Assembly: GCF_902713615.1 (NCBI RefSeq)
Contig: NC_052152.1
Coordinates: 52,179,810-52,243,809, forward strand
Source: Scyliorhinus canicula
Taxonomy: Eukaryota
Length of the DNA: 64,000 nucleotides
Direction: 5' to 3'
In this document: positions 47,609 through 60,249 of the stretch, in pieces
Position numbering within the stretch: the stretch's first letter is position 1
Layout: the number at the start of each line of letters is the position of its first letter
Position numbers and translations under genes: made by a program
The notes under the pieces: generated by a model
What the model saw: only the letters and a program-made list of their open reading frames with translations
Told to the model about the DNA's origin: nothing
Databases searched by the model: none

Positions 47609-50600
47609 GGGTGGGATTCTCCGTCGGTTGACACCAAAACCGGGAAAGGTGTTTTGGGCAGAGAGTCGGTTTTGATGCCAAAATCATGGCGGGCACTGGG
47701 TTCATGCCAAATAGTAATTTGCCAGTGCCTTGACAGCAGCATCAATGCATTCCACTCTGTACGTACAGTAAACGGCATTTGCATATCATTAGCGGGCTTG
47801 AGCCGGTGTTCTCCGGGGCCTCAGCAATTCTCCATCTCCATTACGGGGAATTCCCGGTGGCGAGATTCACTTGTGCTTTTAACAATCAGGAAACAGGCAC
47901 CATTGCTGCTGAGGGACAGAGAGGAGGAAGGACATGCAGAGGTGCGACTGTGGGGGGTGGGGGGGTGGGGAGGGGTGTGGGGGGGGGGGGGGTGGGGGAA
48001 AGCAGGGGGTGATGGAGTGACGGGCCATGAGGCCGGGGTGACACCCCATGGGACCAAGGTGTCCAAGCACGGATCACCATTGCCGCGGCCTGCATGAAAG
48101 CCATCTTGCTGTTTTAGCGATTGACCACCCACCTTGGCCCCTGGTTCTGCAGAGTGCCATCTGTCATAATATACATCTATGTATATAATGGAGTGCAGAC
48201 AGGCAGTGATTGACACACAGGATGACCAGTAAGCACACAGAACACAGCAGCCAATTACCAGACAGGACACGATAAAGCGGTATATTATAAAGCCAGAGGG
48301 CACCAGTTTTCCTGCTCTCTCGGGATCCAGCCTCTGAGACAGTCAGAGCTCGTGAGCTAGCCAGTGCAAACACCATGTGGTAGCTAGTAAGTCTGGCCAG
48401 GCTAGTACCAGGTCTCCATTCAAGTCAGCATAGTGTCAACCCACCGTTGAACATGTATAATAGTTAAGACGCTAAATAAAATCGTGTTGCATCTTATCAT
48501 GTGTTGGAGGTCTGTCTCTCGCTACACTGCATCAAGTGCAGTCCACATCGACCCAGCCTGTCCAACACATCACCATCGTCCGGACCAACCCCACACCTTG
48601 GCTTCTACCCTTCAACCCAGCATCCTCACACCCCAGCCTCACCTTCCTCCCCAACACCCCCACATCTGCACCCCATCATCCGCCATAATCTAACCCCGAA
48701 CCAGCCATCTCCTGCTGGTGGGGCATCATGCAGTTTGCCCAAGGGCAAAGCCCCACAGTACCACTGACAAGGGGATTTTGGATGGGCACCATAGAATATA
48801 TCGCTGGCCAGGGCAGTGCCAGCCAACAGTACCCTTGGCAGCAGGGATGGGCACTAGGGCCAGAGGCTGGGCACCGTCGGGCCAGGAGTGTGTGAATGGG
48901 GGGGTAGATGCGAGGGCAGAGTCTGCAGTGCCAACGGGGGCCACTGTGTTGCCTGATGGACCTGGTTGAGCACGGAGGTATGCACCATGGTAACATGTCG
49001 GCCTTTCACCGCCTGCAGACAATGGATATTGAAATACAACCAGTAATGACTGCCTTCTTCCTAGACACCGTAGCCCGGTGGGATGCCCCGCGTCTGTACG
49101 AGCTGGAGCTGCTCACTGAGGAGGACCATGCAGCAGCGGAGCTGGCCTCAGTGGAACAGGCAGCAGTCATTGAGGATGGAGAGCTGGCCACCCAACAGGC
49201 CGAGGAGGGGGAGAAGGAGGTGCAAAGTAGGCACCGCATGAGGCCTCGCTTGTAGGGGCAGCGCCTGTCATTTGAGGACCTGTCAGACCAGCCATGCCAT
49301 CAAAGATTCCGGCTGATCAGGGGAACAGTGCAACATATCTGCCAGAGCATGGTGCACCTGGCACCGTGGGGGTATGGGGGAGGACACCCTCTACTGGTGG
49401 CCGTCAATGTGACGGTTGCCCTGAACTCCTACGCCACGGGTCCTTCCAAGCGCTGAATGGGGACCTAGCCAGAATCTCACAGAGCTCGATGCGCAGGTGC
49501 ATCCATGTTGTTATGGAGGCCCTTTATGCCCAGTTGGCACATTACATCCATTTCAATGTGGACCGAGCCCACCAGGATGCCCGGGTAGCGGGGTTCGTCG
49601 CCATCGCCGAGATGCCATGGGTCCAGAGGGTAATCAACGGGATACATGCCCTCCAATGAGCACCTGCTCATTGGTTACCCTTCACAAACATGCAATGAAT
49701 GTGCAGCTAGTGTGTGACCAGCAGCTACTCATCATACATGTCTGCGCCCGATACCCGGGCAGTATGCATGATGCCTTCAGCTTAGCACACCAGATGGTTC
49801 TTGGCATCTTCGAGGCACACACCGGTCTGGCGGGTTGGCGCCTGTGCGACAGGGCCATCCTCTGCAGTCGTGGCTGATGACACCTATCCAGACGTCACAG
49901 ACTGACGCAGGGACCCGCTACATTGACGACAATGCCACGATCTTGGGCGTGATCGAACAGTGCGTCGGCATCTTGAAGATGCGTTTCAGGTGCCTGCACT
50001 GTTCTGGAGGGGTCCTCCAGTACAATGCTGGAAGGGTCGGCCACATCGTGGTGACCTGCTGTGTCCTCCACAACATAGCACAGCAGAGAAGCAATGTGTT
50101 GGAGGAGAATGATGAACGGAAATCCTCACCCGACGAGGAGAATGTGGGAAGGCTGATGAAGGGCAGGACATGGAACCCGGATAGGCGTGGGAGGCCGCGC
50201 AACGTATGTGCCGAGGGACGCTCTGACCGCCTCCAGGTTCACTGACTAGGTAGGGGAACTGGCCAGGGATATGGACACTGCATCCCTCCCCACTAGTCTG
50301 TGGCTCATCGGTCAACGCCTGGCGAATGCCGTCGATGCTCTCAGCAGTGGCCTGCTGTGACTGGGCCACACTCAGGAGCGCTGCTGCAATATCCAGGTGG
50401 CTTTGGTACATGGCTTCCTGTGAGAGGGCAGCTATGTCCTGGGCCTCGGCCACCACCTGCAGACCTTGGACATGTTGACCCATGGCCAAAACCTTTGCCC
50501 CCAAGTCCTCCACCAAGGACGCCACTCATGCGCTGATGGCATGGGTGGCATGCATGGCCAGCATCACCTCCTGCTCCTGCATGCGGTTGGACTCATCCAA

Positions 50601-51726
50601 CTGCATCTGCAGGTGCTGGAAGGATGCCGACAATCCCTCATGCAGTCCCTGGCACTGCGACTGCATCTCCATGATTGATGGACCCTCCGTTCCAGAAGCC
50701 CAAACCCATCTGGACGGCAGCTAGTACCCGGGGTCTGCCCCGGCCCCCCCTGGGGTAACTGTATTGCAGACAGTTGTGACAGGAATTCTGTGTCATCTCC
50801 GGACTCGAGCTCCGGGGTGTACAGGGATTCGGGTCGAGGGGCCCCATCCATGTTGGCGTCGTCCTCGCCGCTGGGCAGCACCTGGGGTTCTGGCTGTGGC
50901 TGGGGTTGGAGGTGGGGCACCACAAAGGGCTGCCCATCACCAGCAGCGCCTGCAGGACACAAGACAAGATGCACCCTTAGACCACGGGCCGGGGTGGGGG
51001 GAGGGGTGATATGTTGGGGAGGGGGAGGGGTGCTGGGGGAGATGGTGTAGGGGTGGTGGTGCAGTGGGGGACTGTGTTAAACAGTCTGATGTATGCAGCC
51101 CAGGTGGTAGGTAGCTGATGGCTTCAGTGGCCAAGGAACCCGGCCATGGTGGCCAATATGGGTGCTGGCATGTGGTGCAAGGTTGGGGTTTGGATGCCCT
51201 CCGGGTGGGTGGGGGTAGGGTAATGGGTGTGTGGGTCAGGGGTTGGTGCTGGGGGCACAGTGCTGCCTACTCACCCTGGCCGCCCTGAGGCGGTCTTGCA
51301 GTTTTGTCCGGCACTGCAGGCCAGTCCAGGACGATGTTGCCCATGACGCTGATCACCTCTGCCACCTGCATCCAGTCCTGGCGAACCTTGGCAGCTGGCA
51401 GCCTGCTTCCCGCCCCGGAGTACAGGGCCATCTACCTCTCCTCCACGGGGTCTAGCAGGGTCGCCAGTCCCACGTCTGTGAAGCTTGGAGCCACGTGTCT
51501 TGCTGCCATCTTGTTTCCTAGGATGATGTGTGTGTGGGGGGTGAAGTGTGTATATGCGGCTGCAGGTTGTCAGCCTGTCAGTGTCAATCACAGACCCGAC
51601 AAATCCGGCACCCTTTCTCGTTAGAATTGTGTTTCACATGGCGCCGATACAAGCCCCTCAATGGTCATTGAATTGGTTCAGGTGCGGCACAGGCTTTATT
51701 GTCGTAGAACTCTGCGAATCGTGCCC
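47609..51726. mobile_element. Decayed two-gene PIF/Harbinger transposon (HARBI1-like DDE transposase on +, Myb/SANT gene on -)
   Basis: Transposase pieces at about 49020-50250 (VTVALNSYATGSFQ, MNVQLVCD, ARYPGSMHD, SWLMTP, IEQCVGILKMRFRCL, CCVLHN). Myb exon 51509-51275 (MAARHVAPSFTD..LLDPVEER*..W.QVAE..TGLQCR) with a GTGAGT donor. TIR-like ends GGGTGGGATTCTCC and GCGAATCGTGCCC; their pairing is uncertain. Confidence 0.85.
48162..48572 (+). mobile_element. Solo LTR inserted in the Harbinger element
   Basis: TG...CA ends, perfect 5-bp TSD CCATC (48157-48161, 48573-48577), TATA-like TATTATAAA, AATAAA. Confidence 0.88.
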
Positions 51727-51828
51727 TGGCATCAATACTTAGTCTCAGGATTCTGTACACAACCCGCGATTTTTGGAAGTCCCCTGATTTCTGATATGTG
51801 CTGCCAGTTGAAGAGGATGAGATTTATG

Positions 51829-52133
51829 GGCCTGGATTCTCCGCAGCCCCACGGCGAAATCGCGTTTGGAGCTGGGGCGGAGAATCAACGTTTACGCCCG
51901 AATCTGGCCCGGCGCCACTCCCGCGATTCTCATGTGCATGAGCGAACTCGGAACTGGAAGTGCAGGGGCCCATATCTGCAGTCAAAGCTGCGTAAAGCTC
52001 CCCGGGTCCCTGCCAGCTCCCTGCAGGTAGGCAAATTGACCTTTATTTTTTATTTTTTGGAAAGTCTAGAGTGAAACGCTAGCGTTTTTATGCTGGCGTG
52101 GGGAAATAGCCCCATTTTTGGACAATCCAGCCC
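51829..52133. mobile_element. Short Harbinger-type MITE (family of 15385-16027, opposite orientation)
   Basis: GGCCTGGATTCTCC / GGACAATCCAGCCC, TSD ATG/ATG; right half is the reverse complement of 15386-15550. Confidence 0.82.
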
Positions 52134-53461
52134 ATGTTTTGCCGATAAATGGCAGAATTAATGCATGATGAGGTTTGCAAAGAAACAGAAAGAACATCCA
52201 ATAATACCTACACGAAACAACTTCTGACTCACACCCTGGAAAATTAATATTTTTCGCAGCAGTTTTTCTGATCCAGATGTGTGTCATCACCTAGCTCGTC
52301 ATCTTGTGCGACAGTGTTGAACTATTTTTAAACTACAAAACAGGTGCGCACCTTTTCTGTCACCATGCTGTGCAAAATGCAAATCGATGTTACTGCCCTG
52401 CTCAGTCTTCCTGGGGCATCATTCAATCCAAATTGCGAAATGAATTACATGTATTAATATTTTACACTGACGACTAACAAGTCAAATTGATATGAGTAAA
52501 GTTAAGAAGCAGTATACAAATGCAGCAATGTCATTCCTGTCTATTTCCTGCAACAAAATTCAGATATAACAGGAATCGCAGAAATTCAGTGATGGTGACA
52601 AGTTCAGTAATTGTTCAGCAAGGGCCTGTTTGACAGGAAAGAAGGTGGAGTAGCTGTACGCATCAAGGACAGCTCCAAGATTAAGGAGGTGCTTTCCAAT
52701 GAGCTAGTTGGTGTGTAGCGTGAAGAAAACAAAAAGCTAATTATAAAAACTATCAACAACGAGGAGCGGGATTTTCCAATCCAGAAATCCTCACCCAAAG
52801 CCGACGGACCTCTTGCTGCTCCGTCCAATTTTTTATCCTGCCTGTGGCAATTCCCACAATGGGCAGGACTGGAAAATCCCAGCCAAGGTCAGAACAAAAG
52901 TACAAGATAGCCAAGAGATAAGGAAAGTGTATAGACAAAGAAAGATTAGACTAATATCCAGATACAGATACGTCGGCTACACAAAGGATTTCCAGCACGG
53001 GTATGGAGGAGGGAGAGGTTGCGCTACAAATATCCCTGGAGATGTGCCATTCACCCTTGGTGGGATTTACACTGTAAAAGTGTCAGGCAAGGTTATAAAC
53101 ATACAGCTAGTGAATTGTTCAGCTGCCATCTCTAACACACAGCTTGCCAAGAGTTCCTTCAACTAATTGGAAAGAAATGGACAAACTAGTTAAAGCCGAC
53201 TTCTGGTGGTGGGGAAGTGCTGAGCAGTCGCAGGAAAGGTGCCTCTCCTCTCGGAAACTCGGAACCTTTAGCCCTACGACCGAACCCCCTCCCCTTCTTC
53301 GAAATCATCACAGATGTGCAGATAGGCACTCAAATCCACAAAAGGGCCGAAGGGACAATAAGACTAATAAGCGCCAGGTTAGAAAGGACAAAGTGCCAGA
53401 CAGGCGGTGTAAAGATATGTATAGTACAAGTGTAGTAAAGGATTAACAAGAGAGACTGCAC

Positions 53462-53575
53462 GGGCAGCATGTGGCACAGTGGTTAGCACTCTGCCTCACG
53501 CTGTGAGGACCCAGGTTCGATCCCTGCTCTGGGTCACTTTCCATGTGGAGTGTGGAGTTTGCACATTCTCCCCTT
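53462..53575 (+). mobile_element. V-SINE 5' part
   Basis: GGGCAGCATGTGGCACAGTGGTTAGC..GGTTCGATCCC..TGGAGTTTGCACATTCTCCCC. Confidence 0.75.
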
Positions 53576-53720
53576 GTTGATATAAAATGTGAAAAGTCCA
53601 ATAAAAACATTCTTTAAAAAAACTAGTTAATGCCAATTCTAGCACTCTGACGACTTACTGCTGGAAAATGTTCACGGATCTTACCAAGTCATGAAAGGGA
53701 TAAAGGAGCCTAGCTACCAG

Positions 53721-54228
53721 GGGCACGATTCACCGATCGCGGGACTAAGTGTCCACGCCGTCGTGAACGCCGTCGCGTTTCATGACGGCACAAAACAGGC
53801 GCGGGAAGTAGGGATTCTAGCGGTTCACGCCGCTCCAGCCTTACATCCTGGTGCGGACTGGGGGCGGCGCCAACCTGCGCATGCGCAGTGGCAAAGCGCC
53901 AACCGACACATGCGTGGTAGACTCACGAAACGCTCCGGCCCCTATGCAACATCGCGCAGGGGTTCTGGGGCCGGAAGCGGAACAAAGTAGGCCCGGGGGG
54001 GGAAGTGGCCGGCCCACCGATCGGTGAGCCCCCCCAGTGAAGGAGCGCTTTTTCCCGCCCCACAGGCCGCCCCCCCCGACCCTTCGCGCAGAGTTCCCGT
54101 CGGCAGCGACCAGGCATGAACGGCGACCGATTCTCCGCAACTCGGAGAATCGCGTGCCGGCGTCAAGGCGGTGTGGCGCGGTTGCGGCGATTCTCCGGCC
54201 CGGCGCGGGGCTGGGAGATTCGCGTCCC
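53721..54228. mobile_element. Harbinger-type MITE
   Basis: GGGCACGATTC ... GAGATTCGCGTCCC with TSD CAG (53718-53720, 54229-54231). Confidence 0.8.
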
Positions 54229-54679
54229 CAGATTTTCAAAGAATCTACAGTAGCGAGCATGTCTGCTACTTAAATGAGCTCTCCTCATTCTGTATTAAAG
54301 TGATTGATTCGCTCAGAAAGCTCTTTAACTGATATCATCTCATGAAATATCTGGTACATGTATCTTTCCCCTCCCACCAAAGGCGGGTTGCTTCGACATG
54401 TTTGTGTCCATAAATAATGAGGCAAATAAATTCAGACAGGAAAGTTGGGAGCTATTTTTATTTAGCTGGATGTTATGACAGTTCTTAACCGTTTAAGATT
54501 GGAAAAGGATTAGTCAAGTGTTATGAACAGGTACGGGAAATTTTCTTTTTATCAGGTGACTTTAATTGTTTCCCAAGGTGAGATGCATTCAGCTCTGTAG
54601 ATATAGGCGTAATGTATCAGGAAGTGAGCACAAAGCATCTGATATGCTGCCTGACCTGTTGAGCTTCATTGAAGAAGCG

Positions 54680-54875
54680 TGGGTTTACTCTGGTTTTTCC
54701 TCCGGTTTCCTCCCACAAGTCCCGAAAGACGTGCTTATTAGGTGAATTGGACATTCTAAATTATCTCTATGTGTACCCGAACAGGCGCCTGAGTGTGGCG
54801 AATAGGGGATTTTCACAGTAACTTCATTACAGTGTTAATGTAAGCCTACTTGTGACACTAATAAAGATTATTATT
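54680..54875 (+). mobile_element. V-SINE 3' part, TGTGACACTAATAAAG(ATT)n tail
   Basis: Core end and complete tail. Confidence 0.8.
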
Positions 54876-55389
54876 GGGAAACTACTGGGAAATCAATAAT
54901 GGGGCTGGGAAGAAAACATGAACAATCAGTACAAAGGTTCAAGAAGAGATAGAGGGGAAACACACACACACAAAATATATGAATTGGCAGATGTACTTCC
55001 TTTAATGATGGTGTTATTTAAATAAACTTCTGTTTAGTTACTGTTGCCTAGCTACCTCAGACACCCATATTCATAGGGGTGATTTATATCTGATATACAT
55101 TGTGTCAGAAATCTGGCAGGAAGATACTAGTCCCAATCTAATATTTTCACGTAGTTCCTGCTTGTTCTAAGTCTGACAGAATAAGGCAGAAAATGGGTGG
55201 GGTACTAATGTGGATTGAATTCCTATCTGAGCAATCTTGGCTCTTTTTCTACCTCCCACTCACCTGATTGTTGCTCGACAAATCAGGTAAACATCAGTGG
55301 AAAATCCAAATTCAAACGTTGATCAGGTTTTCCCCCCCCAAAACCAACCCAATTCTGCTTGTGCCAAGTCAGTAGATCTTAGTTACCAT

Positions 55390-56026
55390 GGGCGCGATTC
55401 TTCGCTCCTCACGCGGCGTGGGAGAATCGGGAGGGCCCCCCGACAAAATTCACACCCCACTATTTCCCCTCCGCCGCCCTGCAAGATCAAGCCGCCACAT
55501 CCATAGGGCGCAATTCTCCTCTCCCGGGAAAAATCGGGAGGGCTGTCGTGAACTCGGCCGAGTTTCACGACGGCCTCGGAACCCGCCTCTCGCCCCCTAT
55601 TCTCCCCTCCCAGCGGGGCTAGGAGCGGCGCTCCGTAAATCACGGCCGCGGGGGCGTCGCGCCGAGAATGACACGGCCGGCGCGCCTAATGACGTCAGCC
55701 ACGCATGCGCAGGTTGGCCGGCTCCAACCCGCGCATGCGCGGCTGATGTCATGACGCTGATGGCACGAACCCGCGCATGCGCGGTGGCCGTCTTTCCCCT
55801 CAGCCTTTCCCCTCAAGCGGCTTGATCTTGCGGGGCGGCGGAGGGGAAATAGTGCGTCTGATTTGGACGCCGGCCCGACGATCGGTGGGCACCGATCGCG
55901 GGCCTGTCCCCTCCCGAGCACAGTCGTGGTGCTCTTTCCTTTCTAGGCCACCTACAAGCCCCAAACGGGCTTCTCACTCCCGTTTCACGACGGCAGAGAC
56001 CAGGTGTGTTTGCCGCCGTTGTGCCC
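55390..56026. mobile_element. Internally palindromic Harbinger-type MITE
   Basis: GGGCGCGATTC start; internal inverted arms ACTATTTCCCCTCCGCCGCCCTGCAAGATCAAGCCGC (about 55460-55497) and its reverse complement (about 55817-55853). Confidence 0.78.
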
Positions 56027-56039
56027 ATAGTCTCTGAGA

Positions 56040-57200
56040 AGCATAAGCCTTGTTCCCAACATGGTTGAAATAGTTGTATGCAAGAGGTGAGGTGAGAATG
56101 ATATCAAGGCAGCATTTGACCGAGTGTGGCGTCAAGGAGCTCTAGCAAAACTGGAGTCAATGGGAATCAGGGGGAAAACTCTCCGTTGGTTGGAATCATA
56201 CCCAACACAAAGGAAGATGGTTGTGGTTGTTGGAGGTTAATCAAATCAGTCTTGGGACATCACGAGAGGAGTTCCTCAGATAGTGTCCTCGGCCCAAACA
56301 TCTTCAGCTGCTTCATTACTGACCTTTCTTGCATCATAAGCAGAGGTGAGGATGTTTGCTGATGATTGCCCAATGTTTAACATCACGACTTCTCAGAGTC
56401 TTGCTATGCAGCAAGACCGACAATATCCAAACTTGAGCTGATTCCATTTGCGCCGTGTAAGTGTTAATCAATGACCATTTCTAACAGGAGAGAATCTAAC
56501 CATCTCCCCAGGACATTCAATGTATTATCATAACTGAAATCTCCAATATCAAAATGCTGGGGGTTATCATTGACCAGAAACTGAACTGGACGAGCCATAT
56601 AAATATTGCAGTTGCAAGGGCTGGTTAGAGGCTGGGAGTTCTGCAGTGAGTAACTCATCTCCTGACTCCTCAAATCCTGTCCACCATCTACAAGGCACAA
56701 GTCAGGAATGTGATGGAATGCTTCTAATTGACTAGATGAATGAAGCTACAAAAATTATCAAGAAGCTTGACACCATCCAGGACAAAGCAGCCCACTTGAT
56801 TGGTACCTCAACCTATTCATTTCCCGACCACTGACACATAGTGGTAGTAGTGTGTGTCATCTACAAGATGCACTGTAACAACTCACCAATTTCAATAGAA
56901 TTTTCCAAGCCCATGACCTCTTACACCTAGAAAGATAAGGACAGCAGATGCATGGGAACACTACACAAGTTTCCCTCCAAGTCGCACCATCCTGACTTGC
57001 AACTGTACCACGGTTCCTTCACTGTCGCTGGTTCAAAATCCTGGAACCCCGTTCCTATTGGCACTATGGGTGTACCTTCACTATATAGACTGCATTGGTT
57101 CAGGTAGTCAGCAGACCGCCATCTTCTCAAGGGCAATTAGGGACGGGCAATAGATGCTGACCTAGTCTGCAACACACACATCCAGTGAATGAATTTTAAA
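56040..57200 (+). mobile_element. CR1-type LINE, RT to 3' end, degraded
   Basis: DIKAAFDRVWRQGALAKLESMGIRGKTLRWLESY; GVPQDSVLGPNIFSCFI; tail CAAGGGCAATTAGGGACGGGCAATA. Confidence 0.85.
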
Positions 57201-57563
57201 AAGCAGCAAAGCAAACGGAAAGTAGAACTGTGAGACCTGTGAAACTGACAACAAAATGAAATACGGCAAAATGGAACTGATTTGACCCAAAGCAGAGGCT
57301 TGCAGTTCAAAGGGAATATTATGCCAATTTTTTTGTTGCTTCTTACCTAATTGGAAGAGCTGGCTCAGGAAATTTGACTCTCTTACATATTTGTCTGAGA
57401 ATAAAAACTACCTTATATGCTCCAACCAATTTTCCTGCCTGAAGATATTCCTTACACTATTTATGCACTGTTAATGGACTGAAAACAGTAAGGGAATCGA
57501 TTTCCAAGATGTCTGCTTGAGCTGTAGGTATGTGGTGAACCTGCCCCTCTGCTCCCACATATA

Positions 57564-60050
57564 GGGCGCGATTTAACGACATGGGAACAAAGTTCCATTG
57601 CGGGGGGGAGTGCAGAATAGTGGCACGGTGGTTAGCACTGCTGTCTCACAACGCTGAGGACCCGGGTTCAATCCCGGCCCTGGGTCACTGTCTGTGTGGA
57701 GTTTGCACATTCTCCTCATGTTTGCGTGGGTCTCAGCCTCACAACACAAAGATGTGTAGGTTAGGTGAATTGGCCATGCTAAATTGCCCTTTAATTGGAA
57801 AACTTAATTGGGCACTTTAAATTTATTTTTGTAAAAGCCCCATAGTGAACGCGTTTAGCGTCATGTTTCCCAGCGCTCCCAGCCCTGAGGAATACTCTAA
57901 TAAATGGCACTTTGGTTCAATAGGGGGTATGTATTCACTATGGGGCAACCCTTGCCCTGCCCATCTGCCCCACCGACCACTCATAACCCCCACTGACTGC
58001 CGAGGCCTCGGGCTGTGCGGCTGAAGGCTATTGCTAATAGGGAATGGGCAATTATGGTTAAGTGGGCATTTCACACAATCCAAGTGGATTCCCATGGGTA
58101 GGCGGGCCATGTGGAAGCCATTGCCTAGCATCCCAATCTGACCGTGATGCCTAGACACTGTGCCTGAACACATGCAGCAGCCAAGATCCAAACACACAGA
58201 GGATGGGACATGGCTTCGGGGACATGTCCACGGCTGGAGGATGGGTGAGTGCCACAGGGAGGGTACCAGCACCAGTTCCAGGTGACATTATGAGTGGGTG
58301 TCCAGGGTACAATGTCTGGGGATGGGTAAGGGGAGCCCGCTGTGGTCGGGTGTGCGTGCGCTGTTGTTCTGGGTGGGTTAGGGGGGATCAATGGGGGAAT
58401 GGAGGTTCCTGGAATGGCAGCCACCGCTGTTTGTCGATCTAACACTCTCTCCCAATGCCTTACAGATATTGAACACTGTGGCAGGGATTAGGGACCTTGC
58501 AGGACAGGCCCTAGTGGTGCTGTTGCTAGACCAGACGGCCAGATGCTGGAGATGGTGGCAGCACCAGCAGCGTCAGCAGATGCTCAAGGTGGCAGACCAG
58601 ATTCCGGACCTTGCCCCATGCCCCGAGGAACTGGCCGCCCATCAGGCCAGGGAGAGACCCAGAAGGGGAGTTCAGCGACTGCCCATGGTGGACAGGCATT
58701 GCTGGTGAGGCTCGTCCTCAACAAGGAGACGGTGCGGCACCTGTGCCATATCCTCGCGGGCCTGGCACCACATGGAGGAGAGAGCACCTATTTCCATGGC
58801 TATCACGGTCACCGTAGACCTGAACCTTTATGCCTCAGGATCCTTCCAGGCCTCGAGCAGGCCACATCCCACAGGTGCATCTGAAAGGTCATGGGTGTCA
58901 AGTTTGACATGGACCAAGCCCAACAGGATGCCCCGGCAGCAGGTTTCTCCGATAACGCTGGGATGCCCCAGGTCCAGGGGGTGATGGATGGCATGCATGA
59001 TGCCCTGCGCTCACTTGGCCATCTGCGAGAGCTGCAACACCTCAAACTTGTCTTCCTCAGAACTCCTTTCCAAGATGGTCTCCTGGGAGGGTGGAGAGGG
59101 TGGCACCTGGGATGAGCCAGTGCCGACGACTGGAGGACCTGCAAGAGAATGGACTTGTGGTCAGTCGGAGGGATGTGTCAGTCAGTATGGCAATAACAAC
59201 TCCCTTTTGACAGTCCTCTGGATGGGCCCGGTGGTTCCTCATCTCTGTAGCTTCTGCCAACCTCAGCATGGGTGACCACCCTGTCCTCAGCCATCCCAGT
59301 CTCCTCCAGATTCACCTCCAGGGCCTGCTCCTTGAATGAGGTGCAGAATCTGAATTCTGGCATGCCTCTGCCAGTCTGGGCCGTCTCCAAATGGTTGTGC
59401 AAGAGCTTTTCCTGAGGAGACACAGAGAGGGCATCGTTAGCCACACACATGGTTCGCAGTGGTGTGAGGAGGATGTAAAGGAAAGGTTGAGTGGGGCTGA
59501 GGGGAGAAGGGGCGTGAAGGGAGGGTTGGGTGCCGGAGAATTAGGGGGATGGATGCTATCATGGGGGTGAATGGGTCTTGGCGAGGGGGACGCGTTGGTG
59601 CCTACACACTCGTGCTGTCCGGTGTAGGTCAGCACTGGAAGCCAGTTCTCCTGGTCCCACTCCCGGAGCTTACAGCCGCCGCCACCTCATCCAGGCAGCA
59701 CGGGCTGCCCTGTAGCTCACCCTTCTGGACTCTCGGGAGAACAGGACATCTCTCCTGGCCTCCACCACATCTAGGAGCCCCCCCAAGTCAACCTTCCCGA
59801 ATCTTGGGGCCGGTCTTCTTGGCACCTTTGTTGCAACCTGGCTGGTTTTAGCTGAGCAAGTGCTGCTTAAGTGCTGCTCTACCTCGTTAGCCTTGTTACC
59901 TGGCAAGGCACAGTGCTGGATAATCGGCTGGCGCACCTTCATTTGCAGCGAGAAGTCCATGGGGCCTCGTTAAGTGGACAAATTAATGTTGAATAGTTTT
60001 GCTGGCCTCGTTCCCGAGGGTCGGGAAGCTCGCGTCAGTTCCCACTCGCG
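57564..60050. mobile_element. Second decayed two-gene Harbinger element
   Basis: Left end GGGCGCGATTTAACG. Transposase pieces on + (LNKETVRHLCHIL, ITVTVDLNLYASGSFQ, AGMPQVQGVMDGMH); Myb/SANT on - (RRPAPRFGKVDLGGLLDVVEARRDVLF). Right TIR not seen. Confidence 0.8.
57615..57830 (+). mobile_element. V-SINE, short-tail variant, inside the Harbinger element
   Basis: Head, core and AAATTGCCCTTTAATTGGAAAA tail. Confidence 0.8.
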
Positions 60051-60059
60051 ATGACACTT

Positions 60060-60240
60060 CATAGAATCATAGAATTGACGGTGCAGAAGGAGGTCATTTG
60101 GCCTACCGTGTATGCACCAGCACTTACAAAGAGCACCCTACTTAAGCCACGCTTCCACCCTATTCCCCATAACCCAGTTACCCCACCAAACCTTTTGGAC
60201 ACTAAGGGGCAATTTAGCATGGCCAATCCACCCAACCAAG
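60060..60240 (-). mobile_element. V-SINE 3' half (CR1-type tail)
   Basis: CATAGAATCATAGAATTGACGGTGCAGAAGGAGGTCATTTGGCC..GGCAATTTAGCATGGCCAATCCACC. Confidence 0.78.
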
Positions 60241-60249
60241 TCATCAGGT

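Noticed and set aside
52270-52385. Octamer ATGCAAAT plus E-boxes as an Ig-type enhancer
   Set aside because: The octamer occurs several times in the window (about 14313, 20703, 47778, 52377), near chance expectation; no other support.
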